This document shows, in pieces, positions 59,416 to 64,000 of a stretch of DNA of 64,000 nt. Made by a program: the position numbers and the translations under genes. Source of the DNA: an uncultured Lachnospiraceae bacterium. Its GTDB lineage: Bacteria; Bacillota; Clostridia; Lachnospirales; Lachnospiraceae. The stretch's first letter is position 1. The number at the start of each line of letters is the position of its first letter. The notes below the pieces were generated by a model that had not been told where the DNA came from, did no database searches, and was given only the letters and a program-made list of their open reading frames with translations. The stretch lies in NCBI GenBank assembly GCA_959022495.1, contig CAUEYX010000009.1, forward strand, positions 27,329 to 91,328. Direction: 5' to 3'.

Positions 59416-60060
59416 ATGATCGAAAAGCATGAGTCTGATCTGACACCGCGGGAAAGAAGAAAATTAGAAGCAGAAAAGATAAAGTCCCTGGGCTGGAAAG
59501 AGCGGCTGCAGTACTTGTGGACGTACTATAAACACTGTCTGCTGGTTCTGATCGGAATCGCGGCGCTGATCGGACTCGGGCAGAGCGTATATCATAACAG
59601 CCAGATGAAAGAACTCTTATCTTTCATTGTCCTGGATACCGGGACAGAAGCGGAGGAAGGGGCAGAGCGGCTGAAGTCGGATCTCACAGAGTATCTGGGA
59701 ACAGGAGAGAAATATGAGACTGTGGAAGTAACCACCATGCTGTCATCGACGATTGATTCCAGCGCGGGGATGAAGCAGACGGTACTGATCGGGGCCGGAG
59801 AGACAGATCTTTTGGTCTGTGGAGAAGAGATGTATGAACAGTATCATTCCGAAGGATTGTTTTTGGACTGGGAAGAGATACTCGGCGATGATTATGGTAC
59901 CTATGAGAAGTACCTGACAGATGGAAAGCTGGACCTGGCCCAGAGCCAGGTTTGGAACAGCTACGGGCTGACAGCGTATGAACCGGTGTATATGGGAGTG
60001 GTGTTGGATGAAAATCAGGAAAATATCAGGGGACTGCTGGAATACCTATTCGGGAATTAA
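59416..60060 (+). CDS. Hypothetical membrane-anchored protein resembling a truncated solute-binding fold
   Basis: ERLQYLWTYYK plus single TM; AGETDLLV segment; GGAGGAG RBS. Confidence 0.65.
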   Translation: MIEKHESDLTPRERRKLEAEKIKSLGWKERLQYLWTYYKHCLLVLIGIAALIGLGQSVYHNSQMKELLSFIVLDTGTEAEEGAERLKSDLTEYLGTGEKYETVEVTTMLSSTIDSSAGMKQTVLIGAGETDLLVCGEEMYEQYHSEGLFLDWEEILGDDYGTYEKYLTDGKLDLAQSQVWNSYGLTAYEPVYMGVVLDENQENIRGLLEYLFGN

Positions 60061-60091
60061 TTCGATAAGCATTTAAAACGATACGCATTTC

Positions 60092-60117
60092 GGTACCGTT
60101 TCTTGGCGGTACTTTTT
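60092..60117 (+). terminator. Short terminator hairpin
   Basis: GGTACCGT-TTCTTG-GCGGTACT-TTTT. Confidence 0.55.
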
Positions 60118-60159
60118 AGGGGAAGTTCCTGTAATTTCAGAGAATACCCGGTTTAAAAC

Positions 60160-60213
60160 AGGGGAGCTGGCGCTTCGGCAGAATTGTTCTGCCTCTGTAC
60201 CAGCTCCCTTTTT
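60160..60213. terminator. Terminator between convergent genes
   Basis: GGGGAGCTGG..GGCAGAA-TTG-TTCTGCC..CCAGCTCCCT followed by TTTT. Confidence 0.8.
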
Positions 60214-60254
60214 GTGTTGTTAAGAGAAAACAAGAAGAATCCGTTTTCGAAAGA

Positions 60255-63200
60255 TTAACGTTTTTTACGGACCATTACTGTTGATCCAAGTAAAACCGCA
60301 AGAATTACTGCCGCCGCCCATGGAAGGAGGGGAGCGTAATCACCGGTCTTCGGAGCGTCTGCATCGGATACCGTGGTGCCAGAGTTCGTGTTATTTCCAG
60401 CATTTCCATTATTCTCGGCATTGCTGTCATCATCTCCGGAATTACCGTTGTCACCAGTATTGCCGTTGTCATCACCGGTGTTCCCGTCATCCCCGCCGGT
60501 GGGATCATCTTTCCCGTCATCTGTGGACACCGGTTCCAGTCCGTTGATGGCTGCCTGCAGTGCGTATACCGCTGTATCTACTTTCTTCTGGTCTTCCACA
60601 CTTAAGCTCTCGTCCGCAAACACAGCTTTCGCGGAAGCGAATGCCGACTGGAATACCTGTACGCTCTCGGCAGTATATTTCGCTGTATCAATTCCTTCCG
60701 CCTTCGCGATCAGGTCTGCCAGGTTGGACTTGTCCGCTTTATAACGCTGTGCCAGGACTGCTTCCAGCAGCGCGTCCGCCGCGGTCTGCACATCGTCCTC
60801 CAAGGCGTCGCCGTCATCGTATACGGTCTTCGCCTCTGCCAGAGCGTCCACAAGTGTCTGCCAGTTTTTGCCCACATATTTGTCCGCGTTCGGGATCATG
60901 GCCTCAGCCCGGCTGATGAGAAGCTCAAGATTGGTCTTGTCTCCCTGCACCAGGCCCAGCCCCCAGATGCCTTCCAGCAGGTTGTCCCATGCCGCGTTGA
61001 CTTCATCCTGGGTAGCCTTTTCGTCAGCCAGCACATCTGCTGCCGCCGCCAGCGCGTCCTCAAAGAACTTCTTCGCGCTGTCCACCACACCGTCTGTGCT
61101 TAAGGTCAGGGCGTAATCGTACGTCTTCTGAAGAAGCGTCTTGTCCGCCGGTTTCACGGGTTCACTGCCCTGTACGACCTTGATTTCAGCCATGGCCCTG
61201 ACTTCGGTGTCTGCCACAGTACCCTCGACATGGAGAATACCAGGCGTGTTTAAGGACTCTTCCGGTACTTTGTCCCAGGTGACCTCCTTTTTCACGAGCG
61301 TCCCATCACTTAATACTGCGTAAGCCTTTTCAGGAAGCGCGGGCTGTGTGCCGGTCTCTGTTGAGACATACACTGTCTGGAAGGAAACAATATACGGATC
61401 GCCGGACTCAGAAGCGAGTGAAACCTCGATTTCAGCAAGCCCTCTTTCGGGATGCTCCCCGCTGCCATTATGGAAATAGTTCTGTTCCGGATCGATGGTA
61501 AAGCGGATCTTCTGCGCCGTAACCGGTGTCTCCAGTTTTACCACATTGTCCGGCTGGCCGTTCCATGCGATGCCGGTCACCATCTGCTCATATACCAGGG
61601 CTCCTGTACTGTCGATGAATTCCAGTTTCCCTTCCCCGATTTCGTTGACCTGATGTCCTCTGTCAATGAGATTCAGGCTGTCGATTGTCTGTTCTTTTCC
61701 AAAGTCAAGCTCAATCCATGGCGAGATATCGCTTTGTTTTGCGGCCCAGGAGGTGGAGCTGTCGCCGTCAATGGCTTTTGTGCCAAGATAACGTTCGTCC
61801 TGATTGTTTCCATCGTAGGCCCCGTTGCGGTCACGGACAGAAGAGACTGTAACCGAAGCCCCGGAAGCCGCGTTGGTTCCAATCTCGGAAAGCACGAGCA
61901 CATTGCTGTTCACAGTAATGCCGTCTACAGTCACGGATGCCTGTACGGTGGAGTTCACTGTGTGCGGAATGCTGTTTTTCATCATGACGACAGAAGCTCC
62001 GTCTACAAACGTAAGATTCTCACTATCTGATGTGAACGCAATCTCCGCGCCGGAGAGATCCGCTGCTTTTCCAGTATTGTCGAATGCTTCCAGACGGAGG
62101 GCTGCCGGTTTCCCGACGGAAAGGTCCGTCTGGTCTGTGCTTATGGTGACAGTATCCAGATAACGCGGGAAAGACAGGGTTCCGCCGCTGTCCACATCAA
62201 GATATATATCATCCGTGAGTTTTACCCCATTAAGGGATACGGATATTACGATCTTCGCGCGGCCTTCACTGACAGAGACAGCCTGGTTATTCTCATTGAT
62301 CGTGACAATATCCGGCTGTTCGGAAGTAATCTGTATATCAGCGCCGCTAAGATCCAGTTCCTTTCCGGTTTCTGAAACTCCGACGATGGAGAAGCCGGCT
62401 GTCCGGCTGTCAATCGGTTCCGGGTCTGTCAAGACCGCCGCAAGTCGGTTTTCCGGGTCTGATCCATTAATCTTTACCTCCAAAATATCCAGCCGGGAGC
62501 CGTTCGAACCATCCGGGAAGAGAAGGCGTACATACTGCGTCTTCCCGTCGAGGCTGTATTCGTCCGGGAATCCGAAATACGCGCGGCTGGAAGTCTTCGG
62601 ACCGGCAACTGAATTGACGGTCTCCCAGTCTTTTCCGTCTTCGCTCACCTGGAGTTCCATTGTCTTTGGCGTGTTATAGTACTTCTGCGAATCGGAATTA
62701 AAATGTACCTGAATATTTGTTATATTTTTCACGCTTCCAAGGTCAAATGCCAGCCAGGATTCTTCGTCTCCGTCCGCTGACCATCTGGATTCGTCAAAGG
62801 ATGCTCCTTCCATAACAATGCTGTCCACGGTATTTTCTGCTTTTGTTCCTTTTAGTTCCTCACTTGCCGTTACATTTACATCGGCCATAAGATTTTCATA
62901 AGGCTTAAGTTCAAGGAATACCTTATTTGTCGTGTATGTTTCCCCGTCCTGGGTCACGTCCGCCCATACTGCGGCGCGGGCGGATTCTGTCACAGCCGGG
63001 GTTAAAATCTTACCGTCAGCGAATGTAAATTCATTTGTCTCATCCAGCGCGAGCGGTGTATAGTTTGTTCCATCCGCCACATTCACATATCCCGCGTGCC
63101 ATGTGATTTCTGCCGCGTTCATGCCTGTGGAGCCGCCTTTGATGGAGCGCCCGGACAGCTCATAGGAAAGTGCCTGCGGGGTCGTAACCTCATTGTAGGT

Positions 63201-64000
63201 CTCTTTGCCTTCCACTTTCAGTGTCACTCCGGTGAGCTCGCCGCTGAGATAGACGATTCCGTTGTGAGCAGTGATACTCACGGTTTCAGAGGATGAATTC
63301 CCCTCATAGGTTCCTGTCACGGTTACTTCCACTGTCCCTTCCGCGTCAGCGGATGCGGTTACAAGACCGTTTTCATCCACTTTGATGCCTTTGGATGAAT
63401 CATTGATATCATATGTAACCTTTTCAAGCTCAGCCTTAAGGGCCGGGAATGTCATCTGCCCTTCCGGGATCAGCTGGATCTGGCTGTCTGAGAGCTGTTC
63501 GCCGGATACGTACAGATCGGTCAGTGTATATTCTCTTTCCGCATTGTCTGTCACAACTTTGATAATGGTATCGATCTGATCCTCCTTGACATCTGTCAGA
63601 TCGATGGTTACGGTATCCCCTTTCTGCTCAAATGGGATTTCCACATCTTCATTGAACCAGGTAACCTTTGTCACTTGATCCTCCACCGGGCTGATGGTCA
63701 TCTTGCCGTCTGCGATAGATTCCGCGTCAAATCCATCCTTGTTGTCCGGGCCTTCGATGATGTGCAGGTAGAGGTTGTTGTCCCTGGACACCGCGTATCC
63801 CCAGTCCGGGCCGAGGCCGTTCTTCGCCAGGGCAAATTCATTCCAGTTGCCTCTTCCATCATCTTCAAATCCCCAGCCGGACAGGTAGTAGGGCATGGTG
63901 CCTGTCATGGCCTCATGACGTTCCGGTTTTCCTTCCGGCGCGAACCATTCTGTTACCAGTTCCCGGACGTCGATGAATTCCTGTACGGACATAGCCCAGG
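60255..64000 (-). CDS. C-terminal part of a wall-anchored multidomain glycosidase, probably GH29 alpha-L-fucosidase, with two F5/8 (CBM32-like), Ig-like and FIVAR domains; 5' end outside window
   Basis: Frame is open to the window edge; W...EAMTGT.P and WGYAVSRDNNLYLHI resemble the GH29 C-terminus; SRWSA/W..FDLG and AIDGD..TSW discoidin motifs; APKTGD anchor. Confidence 0.75.
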   Translation of the reverse strand, partial: WAMSVQEFIDVRELVTEWFAPEGKPERHEAMTGTMPYYLSGWGFEDDGRGNWNEFALAKNGLGPDWGYAVSRDNNLYLHIIEGPDNKDGFDAESIADGKMTISPVEDQVTKVTWFNEDVEIPFEQKGDTVTIDLTDVKEDQIDTIIKVVTDNAEREYTLTDLYVSGEQLSDSQIQLIPEGQMTFPALKAELEKVTYDINDSSKGIKVDENGLVTASADAEGTVEVTVTGTYEGNSSSETVSITAHNGIVYLSGELTGVTLKVEGKETYNEVTTPQALSYELSGRSIKGGSTGMNAAEITWHAGYVNVADGTNYTPLALDETNEFTFADGKILTPAVTESARAAVWADVTQDGETYTTNKVFLELKPYENLMADVNVTASEELKGTKAENTVDSIVMEGASFDESRWSADGDEESWLAFDLGSVKNITNIQVHFNSDSQKYYNTPKTMELQVSEDGKDWETVNSVAGPKTSSRAYFGFPDEYSLDGKTQYVRLLFPDGSNGSRLDILEVKINGSDPENRLAAVLTDPEPIDSRTAGFSIVGVSETGKELDLSGADIQITSEQPDIVTINENNQAVSVSEGRAKIVISVSLNGVKLTDDIYLDVDSGGTLSFPRYLDTVTISTDQTDLSVGKPAALRLEAFDNTGKAADLSGAEIAFTSDSENLTFVDGASVVMMKNSIPHTVNSTVQASVTVDGITVNSNVLVLSEIGTNAASGASVTVSSVRDRNGAYDGNNQDERYLGTKAIDGDSSTSWAAKQSDISPWIELDFGKEQTIDSLNLIDRGHQVNEIGEGKLEFIDSTGALVYEQMVTGIAWNGQPDNVVKLETPVTAQKIRFTIDPEQNYFHNGSGEHPERGLAEIEVSLASESGDPYIVSFQTVYVSTETGTQPALPEKAYAVLSDGTLVKKEVTWDKVPEESLNTPGILHVEGTVADTEVRAMAEIKVVQGSEPVKPADKTLLQKTYDYALTLSTDGVVDSAKKFFEDALAAAADVLADEKATQDEVNAAWDNLLEGIWGLGLVQGDKTNLELLISRAEAMIPNADKYVGKNWQTLVDALAEAKTVYDDGDALEDDVQTAADALLEAVLAQRYKADKSNLADLIAKAEGIDTAKYTAESVQVFQSAFASAKAVFADESLSVEDQKKVDTAVYALQAAINGLEPVSTDDGKDDPTGGDDGNTGDDNGNTGDNGNSGDDDSNAENNGNAGNNTNSGTTVSDADAPKTGDYAPLLPWAAAVILAVLLGSTVMVRKKR
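60525..61145 (-). repeat. FIVAR stalk cassette, paralogous to 29551..30171 (+)
   Basis: Same length (207 aa) and long identical peptide blocks. Confidence 0.9.

Overview
64 kb of chromosome from a Clostridia-type Firmicute (Lachnospiraceae-like, inferred from gene content and xPxTGD sortase tails; not proven). No rRNA, tRNA, CRISPR, transposase or phage genes were seen. In order: (1) the tail of a wall-anchored protein and a wall-anchored GH20 enzyme; (2) a metal-uptake island with a DtxR/MntR regulator divergent from feoA-feoB, a Cys-rich/HMA fusion, a Fur-like gene, a small membrane protein and an SCA-motif P1B ATPase, with two GTTAG-N6-CTA boxes; (3) a YtrA/GntR double ABC-exporter operon with paired operators; (4) a four-gene polysaccharide operon: a membrane diguanylate cyclase whose GGDEF core is deleted, a GT2-GtrA fusion, a BcsA-like synthase with PilZ domain and a GT-C-like membrane protein; (5) small accessory genes including an SDR remnant and a Mef-like MFS pump behind a leader-peptide/attenuator-like UTR; (6) a ~35 kb glycan-utilisation region (beta-helix surface enzyme, URO-D-family protein, several unassigned putative glycosidases, GH2, GH10-like, atypical GH38, GH43, ManA-ROK fusion, HAD, ABC importer, membrane AraC) whose three + strand transcription units share one upstream DNA motif; (7) the C-terminal part of a wall-anchored, probably GH29, enzyme on the - strand. 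All family calls come from motif recognition by eye; no database searches were run.
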